Assembly (NCBI RefSeq): GCF_004010195.1
Contig: NC_057753.1
Location: forward strand, 1,638,023 to 1,685,408
Length of the DNA: 47,386 nucleotides
From: Chiloscyllium plagiosum
Taxonomy: Eukaryota
Reading direction: 5' to 3'
Shown here: piece by piece, positions 12,609 through 25,733 of the stretch
Numbering within the stretch: the first letter of the stretch is position 1
Layout of the letters: each line of letters begins with the position of its first letter
Position numbers and translations under genes: made by a program
The notes under the pieces: model-generated
The model's input: only the letters and a program-made list of their open reading frames with translations
What the model was told of the DNA's origin: nothing
Databases searched by the model: none

Positions 12609-12935
12609 GTGGGCGGCACGGTGGCACAGTGTTGGCCGCACGGTAACATAGTGGTTAGCACTGCTGCCTCACAGCGCCAGAGACCCAGTTTCAATTCCCG
12701 CCTGTGTGGAGTTTGCACATTTTCCCCGTGTCTGCGTGGGTTTCCTCCGGATGCTCCAGCTTCCACAGTCCAGATATGTGCGGGTTTGGTCAATTGGCCA
12801 TGCTAAATTGCCTGTAGTGTTAGGTGAAAGGGTAAATGCAGTGGAATGGGTCTGGGTGGTTTGCGCTTCAGCGGGTGGGTGTGGACTTGTTGGGCCGAAG
12901 GTCCTGTTTCCACACTGTAAGTAATCTAATCTAAT
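12609..12935 (+). mobile_element. HE1-type SINE
   Basis: gggcggcacggtggcacagtg head (partly duplicated), conserved core, tail ...ccacactgtaagtaatctaatctaa. Absent from the paralogous site at about 31697. Confidence 0.92.
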
Positions 12936-15759
12936 ATAAGTAATTGAATATAATTCTCAGAATATGTACCCTTGTTCTTGCATCCTCATGCCATGGAAAT
13001 ACTTTGTCTGTATGTCAACTGTATTTCCCTGTTAATATCCTTAAAACCTTTTAAATTCTAGGGAATGAAGCCTTAATTTGTCTAATCTCTCCTCATAAGT
13101 GAACCACTGCAGTCCAGGTATCATCCTTGTAAACTTCCTCCAGGTCCAAAACATCCTCCGAAACCTATTTGTCGGGATCTGCTCACAGCAATCTAAATGG
13201 AGTCTAACCTGGGTTTTGTATCATTGCAGCCCAACATCTGCATCCTTGCCCTCCAGTCCTTTATTTATGAAGGCCAACATTTTGTTCGCGTCCTTGACTA
13301 TTCTCTGCACCTGTTCATGACATTTCAAGGAGCTATGCACCTCTTAGGACATGCACTGAATTTAACTTTTTATCTTCGATAAAATATCTATATCTAAGCA
13401 AAAGTTCAGAGTAAATGCTTTTTGAAAAGAAAACTACCACTCACTCCTTTCGATAATAAGTCATTACTCCAAACACAGGTTCCCTGACAGGGCGAGGTCA
13501 CAGTTAATTTGCTACACGTTTGCCTCCAACAGTCATTACATTCAAGTGATAGATATTATGTGTGATACTTTGAAATGTAATCCTTTTAATGTCGGCCTCA
13601 TGAACGAAAACTCTTCAATATTGAATTTTCCAGTTAACACCGCCTTCGTTACATTAGGATCCATTGCATTTCCCTTGTACGAGTAGCTTCTGATTTCCTG
13701 TAGTGTTCGGTGAGATTTCACATTCATATGCACAGAATTCATTATCGACGTTTTGCTGGCTTCTATCTGCCTTTTGAGAAGTATGGAAATGGTCTCTCCT
13801 CTTACCAACCCCTCTTCAGCTTGACAGTTCTCCTGTCCTTTGTCGACCATCTTCTGCTGTTTGTAACTGTTGTCTACCTTTGCATTCTCTTTTACAATGA
13901 TGTTGATTTCCATGCTTCTAGCCTGTACTGTTTTATATCCCATTCAACTAACTCTGGATCCTTACTGGGCCGCTAACTCAAGCCTTCCTGTTGCTTCTTA
14001 TCATCTCACTGCTGCTCCAATTTCAGCCTGCTTCTTTCACATGTTTGTTGTTGATTGGCTCGTTAAAGATTCTGTCCATGTTACTGCCTTTCTATGATTG
14101 GTTATTACTGTAATTGTATTTTCATGGGTATTTTGGTAGCTTTCAGCAATGAATTTGCGAACCCCTGCCATGTGCTATGATTGTTGCATAATACTTTTAG
14201 TGATTGATGAATTCTTCAATCCTACTGGTTGATCTGTGGTCACCTTGATTGCCGCATTGACGTAATCTATAACTTTCTGGACTTTTGGATTCAAATCTCG
14301 ATAGTAAATCAAAAGTTCTCTTCATCAGTTGCAAATTGAACATAAACGGATTCCCTAAAAAAACATATTGCTCATATGGGAAATACCCATATGGACAGGG
14401 GATTATGAAATCTTACAGAAGACACGTGCAAATCCCTGAAAAGGTACAGAAGCAAATAGGTGCACGACTGTTGTAATCTTTAGCACAATCTGGCCAATTT
14501 AGCACGATATGTGGTGTCAGTTGACAGCAGATTTCAGCACAAAATTTCAAGAAAGCGTGAGCCTTCAGCAACGTAGTTTCTAGACATATTCAGAAAATTG
14601 ATACTAAGTCAGTGTACATTGTTTGGGGTATATTGCCTTCAGTGACTTTGATCTCTGTGTTCGTCTTTCCTCTAAGTGAACAATTATGGTAGTGCTTTTG
14701 GTTTCGACACTGCTCAACTAGTTACTCATCAGAAATCCACCTTACAGCTGCAGAAGTTGGTCTCATACTGCTGAGAAGGTTACCAGTTGGGAAGCACAGC
14801 TAAAGTAACATAACGGTCTGAATTGACTTTTAGGCTCTTGTAAGTTATCTCTGAAGCAATGATATAACACTGAGTAAGACTATGAGCAATGTCTTTGGAC
14901 TTGTTTCAATGTATGAAGGTTTTCAAGTCTGAATTTCATTGCCCCATCGATCCCTGCAGTGCACTCATCTTGGTGACCCTAGTGAGCTCCAGATAACCTT
15001 AGAAATCTCCGTACTAGTGCAGGATGCAGGTTTATAGCTTAGTTGTTGCTTTATCACATTGTTATTTAAATCTAACTCTCTCACTGAGTTAGAAGGCCTT
15101 GAAATCTGCATCAGTTAATAAGTGCATGTCAAAATATTGACATGCTGCATCTGTGCCTTCTTTTCCTCCTGGCAATTACCGTTGTGTTCGCTGTTAAACT
15201 AAATTATTTTATCCACAGTTATAATGGATCTTTTTTGTAAACTTGTTACACACTGTTACAACTCAGAGGTCTAATCCCTCTGTTAATGGAAACCAAGCAC
15301 ATAGAAAAGCTCACCTCACCTCTTCATCTGTTCAAATATGAGTGAGAGTGAACTGCTAATTTCCACTAATTAAAGGAAAATAGCAATTTATTTTCCTAAC
15401 TCTAACAACAACCTCTTGTTAGAAGCAAGAAGACCATGCAGAAGAGGGCGACCGAGAGGGACAGGCATCTCTTCTGCGCATACACAACAGCCTGAAAGCA
15501 ATCACCTGCACGAAAGAGCGAGTCGTCTTGCAACAGCACCCGTGATTAGCAGCAGGAAGAGCATCCAACAGAGGGCTAATGAGAGGGGTAGGCATCAATT
15601 TAGCAGCGAATATATTAAAGCCTGGACGCCATCATCAGTACTGAAGAGTGGATCGTTGTGGGTCTTGTATCAAGAAATGCTTAAGGACCAAACACAACGT
15701 CATAGTAGTGCGCCTCTTCTTCTCTATCTCAGAAAAAGGATTGGGTGCAGACAGAAGTA

Positions 15760-18220
15760 ATGTTGCATGATAGCAGATTAAGTAGTAAAACTTTGGCTAG
15801 AAAGGCGTTGGAGAGCAACGGTTCAGCAAAAAGTGTAGGGAAAATCCTTTTAACTTTCCTCTTTATTCTTACAGCAGTTGAGATGGCAGTTAGGAATCAC
15901 ATATTCCTACTGCAGGATGTGAGAAGTGAAGGAGACTTCCGTCATCCATTAAGAATCCACCTGTGGGAAGTGTACCAAGTTGCAGCTCCTGCGAGAACGT
16001 GTGACAATGCTGGAGTTAGATGCATCAACCGAGGCGTTGAGCGCTTTTAGGTAAGTGTTTTTGTGAGGTGGTCAGAGCTAAGGTGCAGGCACAAAGTAGC
16101 TGGGTGACGATCAGGAAGAAAGGCAAAGGCATAGCATGCAGAAATTCCACGTGGCCGCCCTCCTCGAAAACAAGTGTACTGTGTTGGATGCTATTGTGGG
16201 GATGATCGTTAAGGGGAAAACATCAGTAGCCAGGTCAGTGGCACAATGACTGGCTACGAGGTACAGGGAAGAGGGTAAAAGTAAATAGGACTTTAGTGAT
16301 CGGAGACTTCAATAGTTAGTCTGACAGATGGGAGATTCTGTGGCAGCAAACGGGAATCCAGGATCACATGTTGCCTCCCCAGTGCCAGAGTGCAGGATGT
16401 TTTGGAGCGGATGCAGAACGTTGTCAAAGGAGAGGGTGAGTAGCCAGAAGTCATTGTGCACGTTTTCACAAATGACATGGGTAGAAATAAGGATGAGGCC
16501 CAGCGGAGTGATAAGAGGGACCGTGAAAAAAGTTAACAATCAGGACCTATTCTAGATTTTCGTGTTAGGATGAAAGGCAAGCTTCAGTGGAATTGGGAAC
16601 TTTGGATGAAAACAGATTTTGAAGCTTTGTCCAGAAAAAGGAAGGAGGTATGTCTCAGATACAGGCAGCTGAGATCAGGGGAATCGCTGGAGTTATATGT
16701 AGGGATACAGGAGTTTTACTCAAGAAGAAAATCAGGAGGGCGAAAAGGGGGCCAATATTGCCTACGCTGAGAAGATTAGGGTGAAAGCAGAGAGGTTATT
16801 TAAGCACATTAACAGAAAAAAAATATTAACCCAGAGAGAGGAAAGGACAACTCCAGGACCAAAGTAGAGACGCGTGTAGAAACGCAGGAGATGGGCGAGG
16901 TCCTCAATGCGTATTTCTCCTCTGTGTTTGCCATGGAGAAAGACATGGAGACATGGGAAATTGGCGAAGTTAGTGGTAATATCATGGGGAGAGCCGATAT
17001 CACAGTAGAAGAGGTGTTGGAAGTATTAGAATGCATGAAGGTGGACATAATTCCTGATTCTGACCAGATATATCCAAGAACACTGCAAGAGGCTAGAGAA
17101 GAAATTACGGGAGCCCAGGCTGATATTTTTGCGTCATCGTTAGCCAGTTGTGAGGTTCTGAAAGACTGGAGGTTCGCGAATGTTGTGCCCATATTCAAGA
17201 ACTCTAAGACTCACACCTGCAGTAAGTAATTTACTTGAGAATATTCAAACAGACGGAATACGAAAGATAATGTTTGATTTGGAGTAGTCAGCTTGGCTTA
17301 GTGGGAGATCATGCCTCACAACTTTGTTAGACCTTTTTGATGAAGTCACCAGTAAATTTGACGACGGCAGGTCGGTAGATGCAGTCCATATGGACAAGAG
17401 TAAGGCCTTTCATAATTTTACACATGGTAGGCTACTCTCGAAGTTTATATCGTATGGAATCCAGGGGGAGCTGACAAATTGGACACAAAATTGGCTTGAT
17501 AGTTGAAAGCAGAGGGAAATAGTGCAATGATGCTTGTCAGACTAGAGGCCTGTGCGTAGAGGAATGTTTCAGGTGTCAGTGCTGGCCCATTGCTGTTTGT
17601 TATCCTTATCAATAATTTGTATGAGAATGAACAAGGCATGATTAGTATGCTTGTCGATGACACTAAAATAGGTGGAATTGTCGACAGCGAGAAAGGTTCT
17701 CAGAAATTGGAGGAGGACCTTGAGCAGCTGGGAACGTTGGACGAGAATTGACAAATGTAGTTTAATGTAGAAAAATGAGAGGTGTTGCATTTTGGAAATT
17801 CAAATCAAGGAAGGAGTTTCATGGCGAACCGTCGGGGCTTAAAGAGTGTAGTGGAACAGAGGGTCCTTGCAGTTCAGGTGCACGGTTCTCTGAAAGTGGA
17901 ATCACAGGTAGACTCCGCAGTGCAGAAGGCTTTTGGTACACTCGCCATTATCAATCAGGCATTGAGCATAAAATTAGGACAGTTACATTGCAGTTGCACA
18001 GGAGATTGGCGAGTCAGCACTTGGAGTATTGTGTTCATTGTTTGTCACCTTGCTTTCAGAAGGATGTCATTGACTGGAAATAGTGCAGAATAAATTTACA
18101 AGGATGTTGCCTGAATTGAAGCTGGGACTCTTTTTCTTTAGACCGTAGGAAACTTAGGAGAATGTTATAGATGTGTATAAAATCATGAGAGGCAACGACA
18201 GTGTGAATGTACTCACATCC
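15760..18220 (+). mobile_element. Decayed, internally deleted CR1 LINE (ORF1 remnant, then ORF2 RT region)
   Basis: EVLNAYFSSVF, PDSDQIYPRTLQE, DWRFANVVPIFK, VDAVHMDKSKAF, LVDDTK (FADD-like), LHFGNSNQ, HLEYCV. The endonuclease portion is missing. Confidence 0.88.
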
Positions 18221-18334
18221 CAACTGTCAGAATAAAATGGAGGTTCAGTCCTAAATGTGATTAACTGCGAAATCGAATCAGTGTATTCTCTAATCTCAAT
18301 GGTTTTTCAGCAGGATGAATAAAAGCTGCGAGAA

Positions 18335-18490
18335 GGCTAACAGTGGTTACCACTGCCTCCTCACAACACCAGGTTCCCGGCTTCGATTCCAACATCAGCA
18401 GATTGTCTGCATGGAGACTGTATGTTCTCCACATGTCTGCGTGAGTTTCCTTTTGATTCTCCAGCTTCCTCCCACAAGCAAATGATGTGA
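18335..18490 (+). mobile_element. Degenerate 5' part of HE1-like SINE
   Basis: cagtggttaccactgcctcctcaca...ggcttcgattcc...tgtctgcgtgagtttcc. Confidence 0.6.
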
Positions 18491-18790
18491 CTCAGTGGCG
18501 AGGCTCCACTTTCATAGGACTGTGAACCTAAACTCCAAGTTCTCTCCATTCCGTCTTAGATCCTTTCTTTCCTTCCTACCTATGTCGATGGTGCCTATGT
18601 GGACCATGACTTGGGGCTGCTCTTTCTCCCCCTCATGTTTTTGAGGGAAAACACTACAGCAGACCTCTGCATTGCCTGCTGATTCCCTTTCGTAATCCTG
18701 ATGGTAACCCATCCACCTTCTCACTTGGCTGTGGAGTAATTACCTTCCTGTAACTCCTCTCAATAAGCTCCTCTGCCTTCCGAATGATCC
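18480..18790 (-). mobile_element. CR1 ORF1 esterase fragment, inverted relative to the adjacent CR1
   Basis: EQPQVMVHIGTIDIGRK (SGNH block III-like HIGTND) and VCC. Confidence 0.7.
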
Positions 18791-19199
18791 GATGCATGTT
18801 GAGTACCATATTTTAGACAATCTTTCAGTTAACCAAAGCAGGTGCTGTCAACCTGAAAAAGAAAAGAATTCGGGAATATTGAGCCAACATTTGTGGTGGG
18901 AGAAACATATATTACACTATGCAGCATCTTTGTTTCTGCATACAATGCTCGTTCTCATCCACAGATGTCATTAGTCATATTTGCCAGTGTGGATGCTGAA
19001 CATATATTTGCAGAGAGACTAGAAATCTTCGAAACCGTTTAAATGTAAGGGCACTTTCATTGAAAGAAATAAAGCGTTGGCAGTATCATTGAATATTTAT
19101 TTATGATACAGATAGGTATATTTCTGGTTAACAAGGACATCAACAGTTGTTTGGGTAAGCATGAATGTGGGATTAGTGTTCCATTCAAGTCAGTCATGA

Positions 19200-19760
19200 G
19201 CTTAGAATCATAAAGTTGAAAATACCCTTAGATCCAACTCTCCATGCCGACCAGATACCCTAAAGTAATCTAATGTCATTTGCCAGCAATTTTCTTATAT
19301 CCACCCAAACATCGCTTATTTGTGGACCCATCCGAATGTCTTTAAAATGTTGTGACTCTATCAGCCTCCATCATTTCCTCTGGCAGCTCATTCCATACAT
19401 GCATCACCCTCTGCATGAAAATGTTGCCCCTTAGGTCCCTTTTAAATCTTGCCCTCTCACCTTAAACCGATGGCCTTTTGTTTACGGCTCCCCGACCCTC
19501 GGGAAAAAAAAGATCTTGTCTATTTACCCCCGTCGTGCCCTCAAACAGTAAGGAAAAAAAAAACTCTGTATGGTCAACCCTCAGAACACAACGCTCCAGG
19601 AAAATAACTCCAGCGTGTTCAGCATCTCCCTCTCACTGAAACGCTGCAACATTGGCAACGTCCTTGTAAACCTCTTTGAACCCTTTGAAGTTCAAGAACA
19701 TCTTTCCTAAAGCAGAAAGCCCAGAACTGAATGCAATATTTCCAAAACTGCCGAATCAAC
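19200..19760 (-). mobile_element. CR1/HER1 3' fragment (paralog about 33115-33680)
   Basis: DLRGNIFMQRVMHVWNELPE-type C-terminus and 3' UTR ending at tagaatcata. Same flanks in both units. Confidence 0.8.
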
Positions 19761-20033
19761 TATCTGAATAGCTAACCCCACGCGAAGAGCTGAATGGTAT
19801 ATCCCAAATCATAAATGTTATGTTTGGCTACACTGTCATATAGATCTTTCAACTCGGATGTCAGTATAAATTTTGCATCTTTACATAAAGGGTATGACTT
19901 TGGAATGAATTCATTGGAACCTTTGACCTCTACATGGAAAAGTTACAAACAAGTGGCTCCTTCTGTGGAGCTCAGTACCAGCAAGACAGCCAGTCGATAC
20001 GTAGGAAAAGCAACTGAGGCCAACTTAGTTCAG

Positions 20034-20749
20034 TATTATGAAGATGTGGTTATAATTTTAAGAGAGTTAAAAACAGCAGAACTACCGGACACAGCACCAA
20101 GAGTACACAAAAAGATAATAATGCAATACTGTGTCGAACAACTCAATTAGTTCATTGCTTGGAGACAACAACAACTTTGCATTCGACCAATCAGTTTAAA
20201 TTATACCCGAAATATATCAAACTCCAATCCAGTTTGAATTGATTGTATTGATAATCTTGAGAGCCAATGACACAATCCAGTGGTCCAGAGTATAAGACCT
20301 GGGAAAATTGAACAGTTGAGAGGAGAACTGCCACGACCTAGCATGTAAACAGACTGCCTGAAAAATAGCTCTCATAAAAAAGGTATCGTTTCGATCAGTA
20401 ACCTGGAAAGCAGAAATTCTTCACCAGAAGAAAAGAAGAAACAGGAAGATGTGAAGACAAGAACAGGAAGTTGTCTGGTTTTGAGATAACAAGTGTTTAT
20501 TTGTAAATTATAATTGGAACGTTTACCAGACGAGTGTTATAGAAGGGAAGATAACAGATAGGTTAGAGAAAAATAATTGTAAATAGTAGTTTGATAATTG
20601 TTCTCTGTTATACTTTAAGAAATAAAGTTGTTAATTTTCCTTTACATAGTTCTTGGCCACTATATGTTTTACAGATTACTGCATGGGATACCTCTTTTCT
20701 GTGTTGCTAGTTTTAAATTAAGCAGGAGAGTTTACCCCGTGTTGTCATA
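20034..20749 (+). mobile_element. LTR (probably Gypsy), about 715 bp
   Basis: Interrupts a block that is continuous in paralogs (about 4635, 33945). Degenerate TG..CA-like termini (TATTATGAAG...TGTCATA), TATAA at 20291 and AATAAA at 20621. Confidence 0.6.
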
Positions 20750-23120
20750 GTTAGCACCTCCTGGACCTGTTTGGCTTTGAGAGGATTAAGCTGATAGGAG
20801 TGTTGTTTTATCAGAGCAGTATTCCCTATGTCTACTTCATGTACAATAGCATTAATCCTCCCCATCTGATTATAACATATGTCCTTGTACTGTAGTAACA
20901 CATCTTTCAACTCTGTTTTATGCTGCTTAGACAGATATCTTATTAATTTCTCCTACTCCTCAAGGACTTCTGCAATTTTTAATCTACTCTGAGGCACCTC
21001 AAAATCCGTATCATCTGGATTTGATTCCCTACTCTGCGGGGCAATAACTAACACTTGTTTCTCCAGTTCTTTCTCTCTACGACAATATGGTTTCACCATG
21101 GTCACGTGACATACCCAATATCTTTTTTTGCTATCTGGCATCTTTACTAAATAATTCACCTGACTCAACTTTTTCTCGATTCTCAATTTGATAGCTACCA
21201 CGAAACCTGGCTTTGAAGGTATTTCCTATCATTGGCAACTGTACTAACATGTTATCCCCTTAGGAAAATGACCAAGTCTCAGAATTTTTTTTAATCTGCC
21301 ACTTGCTTCATTCTACACTGTGCCCTCTTTAGGTGCTGTTTAGCCAACTCACCTGCTCGATTTAATCTCACCCTCACATCTGATACATAATTTAATTGGA
21401 AGATCTCCGACTTTGGTCCTATCAATTTTTATTTAATGAATTTCAAAGAGCGTCTCCCTTCATGACTGAATATTAACTCAAAGGGAGTAAACTGAGTAGA
21501 TTCGTTTGGGGCATCTCGAATGGCAAGCAATACGAATGAGATACCTTTATCCCAAACGTTCGTGTAACTCTGACATATGCTCTCACCATCGTCTTCAAGA
21601 CCTGATGCCCCCTTTCCAAAGGTCCTTGAATTTCAGCATGATGCGCACAGGGTTTAAAGTGCTGTATACCTGAGATGTCCATAACCTCCTTAAATAGCCT
21701 AGGAGTAAAATTTGACCCTTCATCTGACTGAATATCTCTGGGTATCCCATAATATGTGAATAAAGCTACTAACTCCTCTACCACCTTTTTTGTCTTGATA
21801 CTCCGTCATGGAATTGCCTCTTTAAATCTGGTAGACTCATCCACTATGGTTAACCAGCACTGGTTCGCACTTTTAGTTCTTGGGAGGGGACTGACACATT
21901 TAATTATAACCTGCGTGAAAGATTCTTCAAATGTGGGAATTGGCAACAAAGGTGCTGTTTAAACTCGCCTGTGGTTTACCTACCATTTAGCATGTATGAC
22001 ATGTACAGCAAAAGTTAACCAGATCCTTGTGCATTCCAGGCCAATAAGAATAATTTTGAACCTTAACCTGAATCTTTCGTAATTCTAGGTGACCTCCTGC
22101 AGGTAGTTCATATACTACCTGTAATACTTGCTGTTTGTATGCTACAGGCAAAACAATTTTGAGCACTTCGGCCCATTTCTCCTCTGCACTAACCTGACAT
22201 TGTCTCTATTTCCGCCTGAGGATTCTTTCTTTCAGATAATAACACTGGAATGTTGTCTGCCTGCTTTTCAGAGCATGCATCCACATATCATCTTGTCTTG
22301 CTGTTGCAAGTCTCTTGGTCTTCCAGGACTAAACACTTCTCTCTCTCCTTCTGCCTGCTCAGGTTTTTCCATTACATCGAGCAGGGTATCTGCAAACTGA
22401 ACCTCAACTCCTTCAGCTTTCTCTTTATTTTCACTTCGTGCTCTGACTTATGATAGTGGGATCTGGTTACCGCACAGTCTGGGAAAATGCGAGGACATTT
22501 CTGTTTTAACTCCTCAGTTTCTTGGTCTTCCTTGGGCTTCTCGACAACAAAGGGCGTCACTCCCATCTTAGAACCTGTCAAATCATTCCCAAGAACAAAC
22601 TAAGTTCCTGGAACTGATACTCTGTTAATCACTCCCACTGTAACTTCCCCAGTCTCAAGTTGGCACTCCAACCTGATCTTATATAAAGGAACGCTAAATT
22701 TCAGTCCATCTATCCTACAAATTACCACGCTGTCGGGTAACAGATCCGAAAGAGTGCATGGTCGCTTATCCCTTACTCTCAGCGACTGGTTAGATCCTGT
22801 ATCTCTCAAAATTATATCTTCTTGTCCTTCTCCCCCTTTTTTTGAGTAATCTTTACCTGCAGAGGCGAATTCTTCGTAGAGATCAGGAACTGACTCCATC
22901 CCTCGTCTTTGCGAGGCTATGCACTCTCCTGCAGCTCCTCAACTCTTCTTGGAGTCTTCTTTACTACCTTCACGAATGCCACTGGCTTAGCTTCTTCCAC
23001 TACAATGTTTCTCACAGCGCCTCTCTTCAACGATCAGCACTGTGTCTTTAGGTGTCCCACTTTACCACAGTGGAAACACCTGAGGTCCTACACCTCATTT
23101 CCACCCTCTTGGGTTTCTTT
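20750..23120 (-). mobile_element. Decayed Gmr1-like Ty3/Gypsy LTR retrotransposon internal region (gag-PR-IN-start of RT)
   Basis: Gag knuckle CFHCGKVGHLKTQC (about 23040-23085), protease ILRDTGS, integrase GGHL...WPGMHKDL..FCCTCHTC and IQSDEGSNF, C-terminal KKLSQVNYLVK, then pre-RT HEVDIGNTALIKQHSYQLNP. Multiple stops and frameshifts. Confidence 0.88.
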
Positions 23121-23210
23121 TGAGAATTCAACAGCAGAGTCTAACTAGAATGATCTATAAATGAACATTAGAAGACATAGATGGACTATAGTATTGATGT
23201 CAAATTGCAT

Positions 23211-23216
23211 TTTATT
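23211..23216 (-). terminator. Candidate polyadenylation signal of copy 2
   Basis: AATAAA about 24 nt after the stop; conserved with copy 1. Confidence 0.35.
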
Positions 23217-23240
23217 GCAATTTATGTGAATTTTATATCA

Positions 23241-24151
23241 TCACCACTTAACTCTTTTAAGCACTAGCCTCAGGGACAAATACATCAACTTCGTTAACTT
23301 CACTCTGATATTCCTCTGGGTCCCTGCATAAATAAATGGGTTGACGCAGGAACTCAGAAGTTGAAGCATATACCCGGCTTCATCAAGAATAAAACTTGAC
23401 TGATTGTAATTTGATCCTGAGAAATAACTGACATTCGCAATTTGAACACGGAGGAAAGTCAGTAGAACCAACAAATATGACAGGAGGAAGCTGCCCGAGA
23501 TGGCGAAGAGTAAAACAATGGACTTCCTCCGTTTTTCCATCTCTGGGTCACTATGATTCTCTCCATTGCTCCTGGTCAAGAGTCTCCTGCGAGCTCTACT
23601 GGTCAATATAATGTGCTTGACAGTGAGGATATTGAGCAGCAAAATCAGACTGAATGGAAGACAAGGGTTTAAAATTACTGTTATCCAATCGAATGCAACC
23701 CAATAGAGTGAGGTATAATATATTGATTTGAGGCTGCAATACCAAGTTACATTGTTAGTGATAAAGGAAGGCTCATACACGAAGTATAAGGGGATGTGTC
23801 TGATACAGCTCAGAGTGCAGGCTGTTGCTATGACCACAGCTGCTACTTTCTCGGTGCAATATTTCATTTTCAGGTTCTGGCAACAAATGGCGATGAATCG
23901 ATCAAAAGTGAAAGTGACAGTTACCCATACAGAAGAATCTCGGAATCCATTAATTAACATAAGTTTGTCACTACAGACTGGGGTGAGAGACAGGAATGTC
24001 TTTGGGAAATAAATAGGCATAATCCGATTTAATATCACAGCTGTGATAATGACCAAGATATCCGTTGCCGCCATCGATAGCAGATAATACACGACACATT
24101 TGGAAAGTCCACACCTGTCCCATGACAGGATAACAATCACCAAAAGGTTAG
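23241..24151 (-). CDS. GPR139/GPR142-like class A GPCR, copy 2, exon 2 (intact; full protein 326 aa)
   Basis: Open ORF 23241..24143 extended to acceptor ...ttttcaaAG|CTAAC. Hydrophobic TM segments, D2.50 in MAATD, DRF, NPFIY, Cys at the top of TM3 and in ECL2 (WYC). Confidence 0.93.
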
Positions 24152-25359
24152 CTTTGAAAAAAAAAAGTTACAATGAATACATGATCTCGACAAATATAAA
24201 TATATTCAAGGTAAGACAAAACAAAAATTTGGAAATGCTCATCTTTCTGGAAGCAAAGTATTTTGCTAGAAAAGTATTTTATTTAATAGCAGAAAAAATC
24301 TCTAATTGTTAACCAACTCTCATTATTATGTCATTGTGGCAGTATTCGCAGTTTTACAACCAACCCTGATGTTCTTTGTTAATGATTCAGTTGCACGAAA
24401 TTCATTGTATCTTGCTCTTGGGCGATTTGTGCAAGACATCAGGAGCAAAAGTAGTCTGAACCATTGGCAAATTGAATAAGCAGTAGTATTATATCGGCCA
24501 AGGAAATGGCCATAACGGCGCTGACTAGATATAATGTAAAGAAATCCTGAGAGTTTAATATTGACGCAGATTCCAGGAAGTGAACACTTAAAGTAAAAAA
24601 AAAATCTCACCTCTGAATTGAAAAAGATCTGAGATTACATTTGATCATGATGTTAAGCTAAGGCAACAACGTTTTCTGACAGACAATAAAGCAACAGAAT
24701 AGGTATATCTCTTTTGACAATGTTTTCTCTTTGAGTCCAATGATTTTGTCTTCAAACCCTATTGCAAGACTTCAATATTGCTTGAGCATTGCATTACTCA
24801 GAGTGCTTCATTTGTGCAAAATCAATAAATGCAAGGTACGGCAAAGAGGAGAAGAGTATAATACCTAACAGAACTATCAATAAGCGGCTGTTAATATTCC
24901 AGCAGAAGCAACAAATAGTACACCATGGTAATATTGATTTCCCTCAGTAACGGTACAGATAGCACAACATATGATATATTTGCAGTGAGATAATTAATTG
25001 ACAGTTACACTCCTCAAAATAAACGACGTGTTAATAAATAATAATCCCAGCTACATAACTAATGTGCAGTGTTGGCGTTAGAAACACAGCAGAATAACAT
25101 TTTCCACTTCTGAAAATAAAATTAACCAGATGAAAGGAAGAAATTGGTACTGCGCAAGGAAAACAAATTCACTAACAACACGCCATGCAATTGAAAATGT
25201 GAATCGACAGTTTTAAAGTGGAGAAGATAAGATACAAATCAATTGAAATCATACTGCTCGTAAATGGAATGTTATTGCGTTAAAAGTATAGTGAGACATT
25301 TTAGCCCAACTAACGTAAAGTTGCCATGTTCTTACTGGACCGTAGAGTTTCTCTCCAGT

Positions 25360-25360
<1 letters not shown>

Positions 25361-25398
<38 letters not shown>

Positions 25399-25404
25399 CG
25401 AGAG
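25361..25404 (+). repeat. (AG)n microsatellite in the intron of copy 2
   Basis: 15 perfect AG units plus an imperfect extension; shorter at the paralogous sites (about 8052, 40549). Confidence 0.95.
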
Positions 25405-25733
25405 GATCCCTAAAGGTTTAACCAGAAGATCTCTACGCCTCAGGCTAGGTGAGAGGTTGAGAAGTAGAGTCGTTCATGGTAACCTCAGATAGTGCAGGAA
25501 TTGAACCAAAAAAGTTGCTAACTAACCGACTGCGTAAATGATTCCCTCAAAATTGCGCACCCATATCAACGGTCCCATTGAATATGATCAAGTTGCCAAA
25601 CTGAATACAAAAAATCCCAATTAATTCATTGGTCCTATAGTACTAACCACCTTGACAACGGGTAAACTGGGATGAGAAAATTAATGAAGATGGTAAAAAT
25701 AATTCCTATTTTGTACTGACGAGAATGCTTTAC

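Noticed and set aside
12609..12700. tRNA-like A and B boxes
   Set aside because: Head of a tRNA-derived SINE; no complete cloverleaf, so not a tRNA gene.
23325..23380. Possibility that the receptors are opsins or classical odorant receptors
   Set aside because: No Lys at 7.43 (MLQLLSSCVNPFIY) and no OR motifs (MAYDRYVAIC, KAFSTC, LHTPMY).
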